DNA of 64,000 nucleotides from assembly GCA_000004985.1 (NCBI GenBank), contig GG738854.1; one strand, written 5' to 3'. The stretch comes from Naegleria gruberi (taxonomy: Eukaryota). Under the pieces are notes generated by a model that was not told the origin of the DNA, did no database searches, and saw only the letters and a list, made by a program, of their open reading frames with translations. Position 1 is the first letter of the stretch; each line of letters starts with the position of its first letter. The translations under genes were made by a program, and so were the position numbers. Positions 10,384 through 21,595 of this stretch are shown one piece after another.

Positions 10384-11712
10384 TTGTTCTGGTGTAAGCG
10401 ATTGCTATTTTCCAAAAATAGTACAATTAGAGCAAGAACTTTCCGTTCCCTTTCGGATTTTTTCACTAAAACTAGTTATTATTCTGACGATTTGATGGAG
10501 GCAATTATCAAATCACATGAATTGAATTTAGAGGAGGTACCAGATTATTTTGACATGTTGAGAGGAATTGCCAAAATTATGACAAACGTAAAAATTGGTG
10601 AATCTGTTGCGGAAAGCTTCAAATCCTTAATATTTACCTTATTTGAAAACATTTGTGTGGAAAATTTTTTGGTCAGTTTAAAAAAAACAAATGACGAAAG
10701 GAAGAAAATGCACTATATGAACATTGACAAATTCTTTCGTATGATAGAGGTTACGTATCTCATGATGGTAAATGATATTGACCTATTAGAAAGATTGCTT
10801 GTATTCATTGAAAAACAGACAGAGGTTATGAAGTGCACTTTATCAAGTGACCTTCTTCCATCATTTGCCTTGACCCTTAAAGAAATTATCAAATCAACTG
10901 ATAGAAATACTCTATTGGAGGTGTTTGACCAGCTAGAATATTATCCATTCTTGGTCAATTTTATTTCATTTTACTTTGCTAATGGTGACGCAGATCCAAA
11001 CTTTGAAATGAGTCCAATATTCACATTGTTGGGATGCTTTAGCGATTCCACGATACTGCACACCCATTTTTCCTTTGTTTCTGAGGTACTTGGCGAAGAT
11101 CAAGATTATATCTATGATTTCTTATTGCCAATTATAATCCGTAATGCCATTCTACCAAAATCTGCTTTGGAAACTACTGACCCAGACCAAGCAATATTCT
11201 TTGTAGAAAAGATCAAAGAAGTTCATTATGCACTGAGCAGAATAGTGAGCAATGATATTTTAATTAATGGAGGAGTAATCTCTTCTATGATATTGCAACA
11301 AACTATTGGTCCAATAACTAGTAATGCAACACAACTCAAAGCATTCGATAATCTGGTTGAATCGGATTTACTAAACAAGTACATGGAGAACATGTTCTTT
11401 ACCATGCTTGCTTGTGGAAAGGAGACACTGAAACAGTTCCCCCAACTTGCCAAAATTCTTTCCCATCTGTATGATACTACATATTCAAAGGAATTTCCTG
11501 ATAGTGAGCAATTCTTATTTTCCTCCTTTTTGGAATTAATGGAATACGCAATTGATAATGAAGTTTTAAAAGTTGGATATAATGAATGTGAATGGATGGA
11601 AAATGCTGAAGTAAATATCATTCCCAAATGTAAATCATCTCTGAGATCTCAATGTAAAAGAGTCATTATGAAGATATTGATAGAACTTAAATACGAAGAA
11701 GATAGTGATTGA
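10384..11712 (+). CDS. Hypothetical protein. It is either a continuation of the upstream ORF or an independent gene whose first ATG lies near 10495.
   Basis: Open frame of 442 codons. The first in-frame ATG is 37 codons downstream of the ORF-track start. The 56 codons between the upstream TAG and that ATG contain no stop, which is unlikely by chance at this AT content. Confidence 0.45.
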   Translation: MFWCKRLLFSKNSTIRARTFRSLSDFFTKTSYYSDDLMEAIIKSHELNLEEVPDYFDMLRGIAKIMTNVKIGESVAESFKSLIFTLFENICVENFLVSLKKTNDERKKMHYMNIDKFFRMIEVTYLMMVNDIDLLERLLVFIEKQTEVMKCTLSSDLLPSFALTLKEIIKSTDRNTLLEVFDQLEYYPFLVNFISFYFANGDADPNFEMSPIFTLLGCFSDSTILHTHFSFVSEVLGEDQDYIYDFLLPIIIRNAILPKSALETTDPDQAIFFVEKIKEVHYALSRIVSNDILINGGVISSMILQQTIGPITSNATQLKAFDNLVESDLLNKYMENMFFTMLACGKETLKQFPQLAKILSHLYDTTYSKEFPDSEQFLFSSFLELMEYAIDNEVLKVGYNECEWMENAEVNIIPKCKSSLRSQCKRVIMKILIELKYEEDSD

Positions 11713-12028
11713 TTCTTCTTTTCAAAAAACTATTTAGCAATCTTTTTCATATTAAATCGCTATTGCCTTTTTATGAGATATCAACAAGCAGTCTATTTAT
11801 TACTTGATTTTGTAAAGTTTTTTCTTTTCCTATCATCTTTCTGCTCAAAAAAAATCCACTTTAACTCTTGTTAATTCCATTGGTGAGTAGTGTCGATAGA
11901 TCTGTAAGCGTTTTGGCTCATTAACCTTTTCGTGAGTATCCCCGCCTTAGTTACAATCGCTTTTCCATCGAACCAGTAATCTCCAGTCTGCACTTGAAGA
12001 ACCAAAGTCACGTTGATCTCAAAAAAAA

Positions 12029-14281
12029 ATGTTTAGTAACTGCCATCATCATGATGATGCTGAACGTGTAGTAATTATATTGGACGATCATGACAAATTT
12101 ATGGAACAATTATTGAATAGCAAATATAAACAAGAACGAAATTTATCATGCTACAAACAAATATTAAAATATTTAACTAATACGAGAGGTTTAATATTAA
12201 AGTATTATGAATTACCTGTTATATTACGAAGAGATCGGAGATTCATCACTGAAATTGCACAAACTTTTGAATTTTACCAACAATTACCTGAAGAATTTAA
12301 ATCCGATAAACAAGTAATGCTAAATTGTTTTAAAAAGAAAGTATTTAATGGAAGTGATATTAAGAGTGGATATATTCCCTCTAATTTAATGAATGATAGG
12401 AAATTTATATTGGAATTAATTGAAGGAAATCCAACATGTCTCTATTTAGTACCGAAAGAAAGAGAATTCGTGTTGGCAGCAATGAAACACGATATTATAT
12501 ATTTGGGATTTCTCCCAGGAAGTGAAAAGAAGAATGAATCATACATGTGGGAATTGTTTTTGAAAAATTGGGAAAATTTAAGATTTGCAAGTGGTGAATT
12601 ACTAAATAATCCATCATTTGCTATAAAAGTAAGAAAGCATGATACCAATACTTTCAACTATTATTGTGGACGGCCACATTTGGCGGTTCATGCAAGGGAT
12701 AAATTTCGAAATAATAGAGAATATGTGCTTTTTGCTATTTTACATGGAAAAGCTGATTTTACAATGATAAAAAAGGTATTTCAAGCGGATTTGGAAATTA
12801 AAATGGCAAATAATATTAAAACTGATGCCTCCTTATGGAAATTAAAGGAAGAATGGGCAAATGACAAGGAAATGATTTTGAAATATGTCAAACATAATTC
12901 AAATATATTGAAATTTATTAATTTGGAATTACTACAGGATTATGAATTTAATATTAAATTAATTTACAAAAATATTGAAAGTATTCAATTTATTAATGAA
13001 TGCAATACTAATTTTAAACAATTATTTACACAATCAGATAAAACTGAATTAATTTCTAGATATTTAAGCAACAAAAAATTTAACATTAATTCCAAAATTA
13101 TAAATCCAACTAATATTAGAGCATTTGGTTCCAAAATTAATTATATACATTTTATAGAGGAATATTTAAATGAAAACGATTTAATTTATATAACAAGTAA
13201 TATTGATGGACAAGCATGTTACGGTTTGTTAAACGTAATTTCCAATAAGAAAATTTTCAATGAATGCTTACAATTATGGAAAATAACAGTTAAAAAGCAT
13301 TATTCATGTTATGAATTATTTAATATAAAATATACCAAACAAGATATTATTGAGATAATTTCATCCATGCATGAATCTCCTTTTCCATTCCTGGCACACA
13401 TTGATAGAAATGTATTTAGCTCTGAGAGTGAAGTTCTTCTCATTGCAATTCAAACCCATTTCAAGTGCTTTGAATTGGCAAGTAAAGAACTGAAATCTGA
13501 CTTGAATTTTATTAGAAAGTCAGTCAATTTAAATAGAAATATTATTAAAGTAATAGATTTGCAAATTGTACAAGATAATTTGGATTTATTGATTATTTAT
13601 ATAAATTATAAATTAAAAATCAATACCATGTATGGATATCAAAATAGCGCTCATGCATTAAATCCATTAATTAACATATTAGCAAAACATTTACAAAATG
13701 AGGATACAGTTTTACAATTAGTAGAAATACCCCAATTTGTAAATTTATTTTATGGCCATATAGATATTAATTTAAGATCAAGTGAGGAATTCTGTTTAAA
13801 AATATTAAAAACAGATTTGAATAATGCCACTAAAATTCCAAATTTAATTAAATATAGAAATTTCATAATTGAATTTCTAAAAGAGGGAAAATCCATTACA
13901 TTCATTCCTAAAATATTCGAACAGGATGAGGAATTTTTACATTTATTTTTTAAAAACTGGAATCGTACGGAATACCTTCCAATATTACCAGCGGATGAAA
14001 TTTTTATTGGTATTCTAATTAAGGAATTGAAAATTAACCCATCCATATATAGAAATTTTAATAATAGTGATCCGTTGAAACATAATTGGGATATATTATT
14101 GAATGTTGCCAGAGATGTAAATAGCTGTTTAGTTTTTCCCACCACAATATGGCAAGATGAGAATTTTAAATTGGAACTTGTGAAGAGAGGAATTTTTCCA
14201 CCTTCCTTTTTGAAACATTTTAATAGCATTTTGAACGATATGGATTTGATTGTAGAAAATGGTTTTTACTTGATTCAATAA
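12029..14281 (+). CDS. Asn/Ile-rich repeat protein, hypothetical. Degenerate repeats of about 35 aa resemble DUF4116-type repeats.
   Basis: A 750-codon ORF with ATG after aaaaaaaaa. Recurring blocks: DKQVMLNCFKK, EREFVLAAMKHD, NREYVLFAILHG, DKEMILKYVKHNSNILKFI. Confidence 0.45.
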   Translation: MFSNCHHHDDAERVVIILDDHDKFMEQLLNSKYKQERNLSCYKQILKYLTNTRGLILKYYELPVILRRDRRFITEIAQTFEFYQQLPEEFKSDKQVMLNCFKKKVFNGSDIKSGYIPSNLMNDRKFILELIEGNPTCLYLVPKEREFVLAAMKHDIIYLGFLPGSEKKNESYMWELFLKNWENLRFASGELLNNPSFAIKVRKHDTNTFNYYCGRPHLAVHARDKFRNNREYVLFAILHGKADFTMIKKVFQADLEIKMANNIKTDASLWKLKEEWANDKEMILKYVKHNSNILKFINLELLQDYEFNIKLIYKNIESIQFINECNTNFKQLFTQSDKTELISRYLSNKKFNINSKIINPTNIRAFGSKINYIHFIEEYLNENDLIYITSNIDGQACYGLLNVISNKKIFNECLQLWKITVKKHYSCYELFNIKYTKQDIIEIISSMHESPFPFLAHIDRNVFSSESEVLLIAIQTHFKCFELASKELKSDLNFIRKSVNLNRNIIKVIDLQIVQDNLDLLIIYINYKLKINTMYGYQNSAHALNPLINILAKHLQNEDTVLQLVEIPQFVNLFYGHIDINLRSSEEFCLKILKTDLNNATKIPNLIKYRNFIIEFLKEGKSITFIPKIFEQDEEFLHLFFKNWNRTEYLPILPADEIFIGILIKELKINPSIYRNFNNSDPLKHNWDILLNVARDVNSCLVFPTTIWQDENFKLELVKRGIFPPSFLKHFNSILNDMDLIVENGFYLIQ

Positions 14282-14943
14282 CCCTATTTATTCATCTTCA
14301 ATATACTGCTGCAAAAATAAATCAAATAAATGAAGATAAGCTTATTAAACTAGGAAGGAATACAGAATTAACCGACAAATCACTAAAGAAAGATAAACAA
14401 GCTTCATCATCAAAGAACAGTAAGGAAGAAAATCCTGAGGAAATCAATAGAAAGTGGCATTTAAATTCTAGAAGGAAAAGAAATCCACAACAGTTTAAAA
14501 CTCTTTCTCCCTAAAGAAGAAACTAAACAAATAGAGACAAACATGAAGCTTTTATCATCTGGCTCATCGACGATTATAAGTAATACATCATGTTGATTAA
14601 GAGTTTGATTATTAAAATGTCTAACAAGGTCCAAAATGTAAGATTGTGAAATTGTATTCACGTATCATAAGTAAGAAGATGTTGTCCTTTCCAATTGAAA
14701 CATTTTTTTGATAAGAAAACTATTTCTAGAATTGAAATTGCCAGAATCAATAAGGGTTCTGAAGTAAAGGTGTTAAAGAAGAGAGATTGGAGGAAACAAG
14801 TTCAATTGGAAAGAGAAAAATGTATAAATTCATGCATTTTCCTCAAATATTCTCCATTGGAAAGAAATCAATGAATTGTGAATTTAGGTAAATTCTGATA
14901 AATTTCCAAATTAAATAAAAAACTCTCAGAGTTTATATGTAAA

Positions 14944-16452
14944 TTACATAACTGGATTTGTAATGATAATGTCAATATCGAAAAGTTGATGGTTTTCTGG
15001 TGATTCATGCAAGTATGTTTTCAGTTTTGCAAGCATTTCCTTCTCACTCTTTGATGTAAATATTGGGAGATATGGTGAGCAAGCAACCATAGTATTCCAA
15101 CCTCCGCATGCAACACAAACAGCTTTCAATTGGATATTTCCCCCAGAGTTGATTTTCATAGAGTCTGGGAATAAATTCATTTCTGATAGAGTTGTTTGAG
15201 TTTTCAAAATTCCTGGTTGATTTTGTTCCTCCTTTGTACTTTGATTGAATCCACTGTGTCCAAACAAGTAAGCTTTACCTTCAGAATCAAGAGCTGCTGA
15301 GTGATAACCTCCACAACTCACTTGAACAATATTCTTGAAATTTTTGTGTTCAAATAAACGACAATCCTCAGCACCACTCTCGGATTTTCTATTGAGACAA
15401 TTATATTGATTTCTTCCGCATGAGTAGACCACCCCTTCCTGAGTAGTAAATAAGGTGTGATAGTAACCAGAGTCAGCTGTCACTACTTTGTGATTAAATC
15501 CTTCAACCTTTTTTGTTGTATGCTTTCCATTTGCTGATCCAAAAAGCATATGACCCAATTCACCACAAGCATAAACTTCTCCCTGATCAGTAATGAAAAA
15601 ACTATAGTCATAACCACCAGATGCAGAAATTAATTTAGGGATTCCAGTGATTTTAGTGATAGCTCTTCCAAAACCTTGCCCACAACAGTAGGCATTTCCA
15701 TCAAAACTTACAAAGATTGAATGATAGTAACCTGCGTGAATGGATCTGATCTTTTCAGGTATATCAATCTTGTGTGTCAAACCTTTGTATCCTTCACTCA
15801 ATTGACCATGAGAGTTATCTCCACAGCCGTACACATCACCTTCCTTGGATAAAAACAATGTAAAGTAATATCCACAAGATGCTTGAACAATAAAGTGAGG
15901 AATTAATTCAGAAAAAATTTTAAAATCTTTCAATTCACTTTCTGATCTATCAACTCCGACCTGACCATTAGAATTAGAACCACAGCCCAATGCAAATCCA
16001 TCTTCAGTAATTGCAATAGCTTCTGTATAGCCCATAACGACTGAACTAATCTTGAATGGTGATCGAATATATGCAGGATTCTCAGCATCAGAAATTGCGA
16101 TCCAATTATCACCAAGGCCTCTCATCGAACTAGTTTCACCAAAACTAAACAAAACAGCTTGGGAAGCTTCCAACAGAGAGAAGGATGTTGGTTCGGATTT
16201 ATCGTTACGATAGGCTATTCTAGCTTTTATCATTTCTTTAAATTTAGCAGTATAGAAAGTAGCCTGATCTTTACGAAACTTGGTATCTTGACTTTGATAG
16301 GAGGCATCAATGTGAGGAATACTCATACTAGGAATAATTCCAATAGCACCAAATGATTTGGATTCACCTTGAAGACCACCCGATCCATTGTTTGAAGTTT
16401 CGGTTGATGATTTTGGTTTCTTCTTGAAAATGTTGGTGACGAAAGAAAGCAT
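14944..16452 (-). CDS. RCC1-repeat (regulator of chromosome condensation-like) protein.
   Basis: Repeated RCC1 signatures: GCGSNSNGQVGV, YGCGDNSHGQLSEG, YACGELGHMLFG, YSCGRNQYNCLN, VSCGGYHSAALDSEGKAYLFGHSGFNQ. Confidence 0.8.
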   Translation of the reverse strand: MLSFVTNIFKKKPKSSTETSNNGSGGLQGESKSFGAIGIIPSMSIPHIDASYQSQDTKFRKDQATFYTAKFKEMIKARIAYRNDKSEPTSFSLLEASQAVLFSFGETSSMRGLGDNWIAISDAENPAYIRSPFKISSVVMGYTEAIAITEDGFALGCGSNSNGQVGVDRSESELKDFKIFSELIPHFIVQASCGYYFTLFLSKEGDVYGCGDNSHGQLSEGYKGLTHKIDIPEKIRSIHAGYYHSIFVSFDGNAYCCGQGFGRAITKITGIPKLISASGGYDYSFFITDQGEVYACGELGHMLFGSANGKHTTKKVEGFNHKVVTADSGYYHTLFTTQEGVVYSCGRNQYNCLNRKSESGAEDCRLFEHKNFKNIVQVSCGGYHSAALDSEGKAYLFGHSGFNQSTKEEQNQPGILKTQTTLSEMNLFPDSMKINSGGNIQLKAVCVACGGWNTMVACSPYLPIFTSKSEKEMLAKLKTYLHESPENHQLFDIDIIITNPVM

Positions 16453-17108
16453 TTTTTTTAATGTTCTTCTTGATTCGAAAGTGAAATGTGAAAGGAGAGG
16501 AGGCCTTCTTTTGAAGTTACCATTTGGAGAACATTGGAAAGTTACATAATTTCTTATGATACTCCAATAGGGTTTTAAAAATCCTATATATTACAACATT
16601 TAGTAAATAAATTATATTTAATTTCTTACCTAAATTCATTGGAATGATAGTAAGGATGAAGAAAATGAGGACGAGGAGAACATTATGATATTGTTGTTGA
16701 TGACGTTGTTGTAACATTTTTTAAGGCTATTAATATCATCATGTTCATGAACAACAGGAGAACACAACGATTAAGCGCGCCCGAGTATATTTGTGTTGAT
16801 GATATGGCTAAGGAAATAATATTTGTTCTGATGATTAATTAATTGTTATTGGTTGAGGAATTTAAACGATGGTGTGATGGTGGTAATGATATTAAATAAC
16901 TGAGTTGGTTTTGTTGAAGAGTTGATGATAGAGAGTGTGTTGTGTAAATTTGTGTGAAGAAAAGCAATCTATTCATGAAGATTTCTTCTCTGAAATGTAT
17001 TTTGAGAATTGGTATTGGTATTATTAATCCATCATGATGAGAGCCACAAGCAGTTTTCACTAATTTTTTAATTTGTTGTTTTTTGTTTAATTTTCATAAC
17101 GGAAACAA

Positions 17109-17120
17109 CCGCGCCAAAAA
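17109..17120. promoter_or_regulatory. E2F-like site CCGCGCCAAAAA (TTTGGCGCG) in the intergenic region between the RCC1 and NHL genes.
   Basis: aaCCGCGCCAAAAAAAtg. A second GC island (TAAGCGCGCCCGAG) lies at 16771-16784. Confidence 0.3.
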
Positions 17121-17503
17121 AATGTCTTCTAATTGTTAGTCGGATTTGGACAACAAGAAACAAAATCAAACGGAAGATTGTTTATTGCACATAATTTGGC
17201 TCAATGCTACCTCTATGTAGTCGGCTTTATGGATTTGATGCAAATTAAATAATTAACAAAAACACACCAAGCCTTGAAGAAATTAAATTACAATATTAAT
17301 TATTATGTTATTGGGCAATTAAGCGAAATAATGAAAGAAGAAACCACTAGAACCCTTTCACCCATTATCAATCATTATTGCAATAGGAGTCGTTTCGCTT
17401 TTATAGCAATCGCGTAATTTCTTACTTCCAACTCCTGTCAAACTAAACCCAACTCAAACACACATGTAGATCTTGAACATACCATCAGAACATTCAGCAA
17501 AAA

Positions 17504-20500
17504 ATGTATCGAATGGGTTTATTTGAATGCCTTCAGTTGTTGATTGTTTGTTGTTTGACATTGGCAATGATAAGTTGTTCTAATGCCCAGACCAGATCAG
17601 TTGATTACAAAATAACAACACTTGCTGGAGGATTGTATGGAGAAGGAGTGAGAGCAACAAATGTTGGTATTAATGGACCGTTTGGTGTTTATTCATCATC
17701 TCTTTCTGGTGGGAACGTTTATTACACAGATGTTTCATATGGGCAAGTGAGATTTGTTGATTCGAATGGAATTTCACATCTTGTTGCTGGCTCACCAACT
17801 TATCATACAGGAACAGCCACAGATAGCTTGACTTTTGCAAATGATACCTTGAACATGCCACACAGTATTTCGTTCAATTCGAATGGAGAGATGTTTATTG
17901 CAGAGTACAACGCAACAAGGATTAGAAAGGTTTATTACAATTCAACTATTGGAGATTACAGTATGATTACTGTTGCTGGAGGTGGTTCTTCTCTTAGCAG
18001 TAACATTTCAGCTCTCAATGCCAAGTTCTCTCAACCTCGATGTGTTGTTGTTTCGCCAAATAATGAAGTTTACATTTGTGATACAGGTAATTACATGATC
18101 AGAAAGATTGTGAATGGTGTTGTGTATAATATTGTTGGAAATGGACAGCAGGGATCAAGTACTGATGGCACTCTTGCTGTCAATGCCAAAGTTTCTCTGG
18201 TATTGAGTGTTGCCTTTCATCCAGTGAGTGGTGAATTGTTCTTTTCTGATTATTCCAATAATGCAATCAAGTATGTCATGAATAATGGCAGCATTTTCAC
18301 ATATGCAACATCTAGTGGCCCTTATGGAATTGCTTTCGACTCGAGTGGCGATAATTTATATGTGGCAGAGTATGGATCTAACAAGATTGTTAAATTCACT
18401 AATGGTGTTAGATCTGTAATTGTCAATACTTTGGGCACAAAAAGTTTCAGTGGAGATGGTGGTAGTTCTTTGAGTGCAACCATCAATCTTCCTGCTGGTA
18501 TTGCACTGAATGGAAATAATCTCTACTTTGCTGATACTGCCAACAATCGTATTAGAGTGGTCAATTTACAAACCAGTATTGTGAATACTATTGCAGGTGA
18601 TGGAACTGCAAGATTCCTTGGAGCTTACTCTGGATCAAGATCAGATGTTTCATTATTTAGACCAGAGACAACATTTTACAATTCACAGACTGATGAGTTG
18701 CTGGTGGCCGACACCCTCAATCATCGCGTAGTTAGAATCAACTCACTGACAAATATCAATACATCCCCAATTGAATCTATTGCTGGTTATACTGGTATTG
18801 CTAGCAATGATGTTGCAGGCAAGTTGGGAAATCAAACCTATCTCAATTATCCATACTCTGTAGCTCAATCAGAAACTAGTGGTGATGTCTATTTTGGAAC
18901 CACTAATTTTGTTTACAAATGGGGAAAGAAAGATCAAAAGATTACACTCATTGCTGGATCGAGTAGTACATTGGCAGGCGATAATTATCTTGCTGTTGGT
19001 TCACAATTATATCAACCAGCTGGTATGGCCTTTGCTTCAAATGGAGATTTATATTTTTGTGATTCTAATAATCATGCTATTAGAAAGATTGATACTCAAG
19101 GTGTGATTACAACACTAACTGGAAATGGAACAGCAGGATTCCAAGATGGTGATGCTGCAAGTGCACTTTTCAATAGTCCAGCTAGTATTGCCTTATTACC
19201 AAATGGCGATTTTCTAGTTGCTGATTTTACCAATTCTAGAATTAGAAAATATGTTGCCAGTACCAAACAAGTTGTTACTATTGCTGGTAATTCAACTCTT
19301 GGTTTCTATGGAGATAATGGACTGGCTTCAAAGGCACTTCTAAACAAACCTACAGGTGTTTTCTATAATTCCACATCAGGTGATATTTTGATTGCTGATT
19401 ATTTCAATTTCAGAATTAGAAAAATTTCCAATAATACAGGAATTATTACAACCATTGCTGGATCTGGTTCAACCAGCTACAATGGAGATGGATTGGCAGC
19501 AACATCTACAAGTATGGCTCCATACGGATTGGCAGTAAATCCAATTAGTGGGGAGCTGTTCTTTACTGATAATGCCAACTTTCTTGTTAGAAGAATTGAT
19601 GCCAGCTCTAAGGTTCACACAGTAATTGGTGTTGCTAAAAGTACAATTTTCAATGTAACCAGTTTGGCCAATTCAACTGGTTTATCTTCAATTTCGTTCT
19701 TGACATTTTCACCAAGTGGTGATCTTTATGTTTCTTGCTTTGGACAACATGTCATCAAAAAGATGAGTTATGGTAGCGATATTGTTTATAATGTAGCTGG
19801 TACAGGAAATACAGATTTGAATGGAGATGGATTGGAAGCAACATTGACCAATCTTTATCAACCAATTGCTGTAGCTTACTCTCCTACTTCCAGTGAATTA
19901 TACTTTTCTGATTATTTACATGATAGAGTGAGAAAAATAACCTCTTCAGGATTGGTTGAAACAGTTGCAGGAGGTTTAGGTGATAAGGGATTGGCTGTTA
20001 ATGCAAAAATCAGAGGTGTTTCATCAATATTACTGGTAGACAATGATTTATATATCTCTGATGCATTCAATTATAGAATTCGTAAAATTTCCCTCTCAAC
20101 TGGTATTATTGATTCCATTGTTGGAGCATCATATGCATCTATTTACAATGGAGATAACTTGGCCAATCAAACCAATATTAACTATGTATGGGATCTGAGA
20201 ATTCAAAACGGTGAACTTGTATTTGCTGACATGAACAATAACTTAATTAGGAAAACAAGTTTATCTGGTAAAGGAAAGGTAACAACCATTGCTGGTATGG
20301 GTACAAACAATGCTTCGATTATTATCGATAATGTCAAGGCAACAAGTGCCTATTTGAAAAACCCTGGTTCTGTTGCATTCTTACCAACTGGTGATATGAT
20401 TATTGCAGAGACAGAAGGTCATATCATTAGAAAGGTTGATTTGAATGGCAATATTTCACTCATTGCTGGATCATTCTTCCAACCAGGTTTCAATGGTGAC

Positions 20501-21535
20501 TTGTCAGATTCAAAGAATTCTTTATTGTATCAACCAACAGGACTTTCTATTTTACAGGATGGTAGAATCATCTTCTCAGACTTTGGAAACAATAGAGTGA
20601 GAATGTTAACACCATATTGTAAGGATGAAAAGTATTATTTGACTCAATCTTCACAAGGTATTGTCTGCAACATTACTTCATGTTATGGACTCGCCTACAA
20701 TGATGCAAAAGTTTGTTCAGGAAATGGAATTTGTTCATCATTGAATAACTGCAGCTGCTCAAGTGGATATTCTGGAAACGATTGCTCAACTGCTGATATT
20801 TGTTCTGTCTTGTCAAGCTCATATGTTTGTACAACAACGTCTCTCAACACAACTGAAACTCAAGTTACAACAGTTCAAAATGTCACTCAATTGGATTCGA
20901 AAACTATCGAGTTCTCATCTACAAGTACTGTCACTGTTTCACTGCCATCAACAATTTCACAATACTTGACAAGTGTTGATTCAACATTGAAGAATGACAC
21001 TGTTACTGTTGTCAGTTCTGTTTCATCAGCAAGCAAAGTAACAGAAACTTCTGAGGTTATTTCACCAGTCATCTCAATTGTTCTTGTCAAGTCAAGTTCT
21101 AATCAAAAAATTTCTGTCCAAAATCTCGAAGAACCAATTTCATTATATTTCAATAAGGTCAACATGACTGTTTCGAATATTGAAACCTTGAATGTAACTT
21201 GTATGTATTATGATGAAAGTGAAAAGGTATGGAAATCGGATGGGGTTGAAAGTGAAATTACAGAGATTATTCTCCACAACCTTGCTGATGGAAATGTTAC
21301 CTTGACAATTTCACTTACATGCAAGACTTTCCATTTAACTTCATTTGGAATCATTGATCAAAACTACAAGAAGGCAACTACTAACTCTAATACTGACGAT
21401 TCCACAATCTTGACAGATTACACAGTTTTAATAGGTGCCATTGTTGGTGGTGTTGGTGGATGTTGTGTTATTGCCACAATTATTACACTCATCATTGTTG
21501 TCATTATCTTTGTAAGAAGAAGAGGAAAGAAATAA
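17504..21535 (+). CDS. Large type-I membrane protein of 1343 aa: signal peptide, about 15 or more NHL repeats, an EGF-like Cys module, a Ser/Thr-rich stalk, a TM helix and a short RRRGKK tail.
   Basis: Signal peptide MYRMGLFECLQLLIVCCLTLAMISCSNA. NHL motifs: NNAIKYV, NNRIRVV, NHRVVRI, NHAIRKI, NSRIRKY, NFRIRKI, NYRIRKI, NNRVRML. EGF-like: CSGNGICSSLNNCSCSSGYSGNDCS. TM: IGAIVGGVGGCCVIATIITLIIVVIIFV. Confidence 0.85.
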   Translation: MYRMGLFECLQLLIVCCLTLAMISCSNAQTRSVDYKITTLAGGLYGEGVRATNVGINGPFGVYSSSLSGGNVYYTDVSYGQVRFVDSNGISHLVAGSPTYHTGTATDSLTFANDTLNMPHSISFNSNGEMFIAEYNATRIRKVYYNSTIGDYSMITVAGGGSSLSSNISALNAKFSQPRCVVVSPNNEVYICDTGNYMIRKIVNGVVYNIVGNGQQGSSTDGTLAVNAKVSLVLSVAFHPVSGELFFSDYSNNAIKYVMNNGSIFTYATSSGPYGIAFDSSGDNLYVAEYGSNKIVKFTNGVRSVIVNTLGTKSFSGDGGSSLSATINLPAGIALNGNNLYFADTANNRIRVVNLQTSIVNTIAGDGTARFLGAYSGSRSDVSLFRPETTFYNSQTDELLVADTLNHRVVRINSLTNINTSPIESIAGYTGIASNDVAGKLGNQTYLNYPYSVAQSETSGDVYFGTTNFVYKWGKKDQKITLIAGSSSTLAGDNYLAVGSQLYQPAGMAFASNGDLYFCDSNNHAIRKIDTQGVITTLTGNGTAGFQDGDAASALFNSPASIALLPNGDFLVADFTNSRIRKYVASTKQVVTIAGNSTLGFYGDNGLASKALLNKPTGVFYNSTSGDILIADYFNFRIRKISNNTGIITTIAGSGSTSYNGDGLAATSTSMAPYGLAVNPISGELFFTDNANFLVRRIDASSKVHTVIGVAKSTIFNVTSLANSTGLSSISFLTFSPSGDLYVSCFGQHVIKKMSYGSDIVYNVAGTGNTDLNGDGLEATLTNLYQPIAVAYSPTSSELYFSDYLHDRVRKITSSGLVETVAGGLGDKGLAVNAKIRGVSSILLVDNDLYISDAFNYRIRKISLSTGIIDSIVGASYASIYNGDNLANQTNINYVWDLRIQNGELVFADMNNNLIRKTSLSGKGKVTTIAGMGTNNASIIIDNVKATSAYLKNPGSVAFLPTGDMIIAETEGHIIRKVDLNGNISLIAGSFFQPGFNGDLSDSKNSLLYQPTGLSILQDGRIIFSDFGNNRVRMLTPYCKDEKYYLTQSSQGIVCNITSCYGLAYNDAKVCSGNGICSSLNNCSCSSGYSGNDCSTADICSVLSSSYVCTTTSLNTTETQVTTVQNVTQLDSKTIEFSSTSTVTVSLPSTISQYLTSVDSTLKNDTVTVVSSVSSASKVTETSEVISPVISIVLVKSSSNQKISVQNLEEPISLYFNKVNMTVSNIETLNVTCMYYDESEKVWKSDGVESEITEIILHNLADGNVTLTISLTCKTFHLTSFGIIDQNYKKATTNSNTDDSTILTDYTVLIGAIVGGVGGCCVIATIITLIIVVIIFVRRRGKK

Positions 21536-21595
21536 ACCAAGATAATCACTTTATATTTTACAAATCTGCTATATTGATATAATTGAAACTGTATT

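Noticed and set aside
11226-11627. Antisense ORFs inside long genes (11226..11627, 13750..14229, 15930..16115, 34684..35040, 35821..36648, 40353..40829, 41243..43692, 51197..52362 and others).
   Set aside because: They overlap the opposite strand of well-supported long coding regions and show no domain signatures. They are typical antisense artefacts of AT-rich coding sequence.
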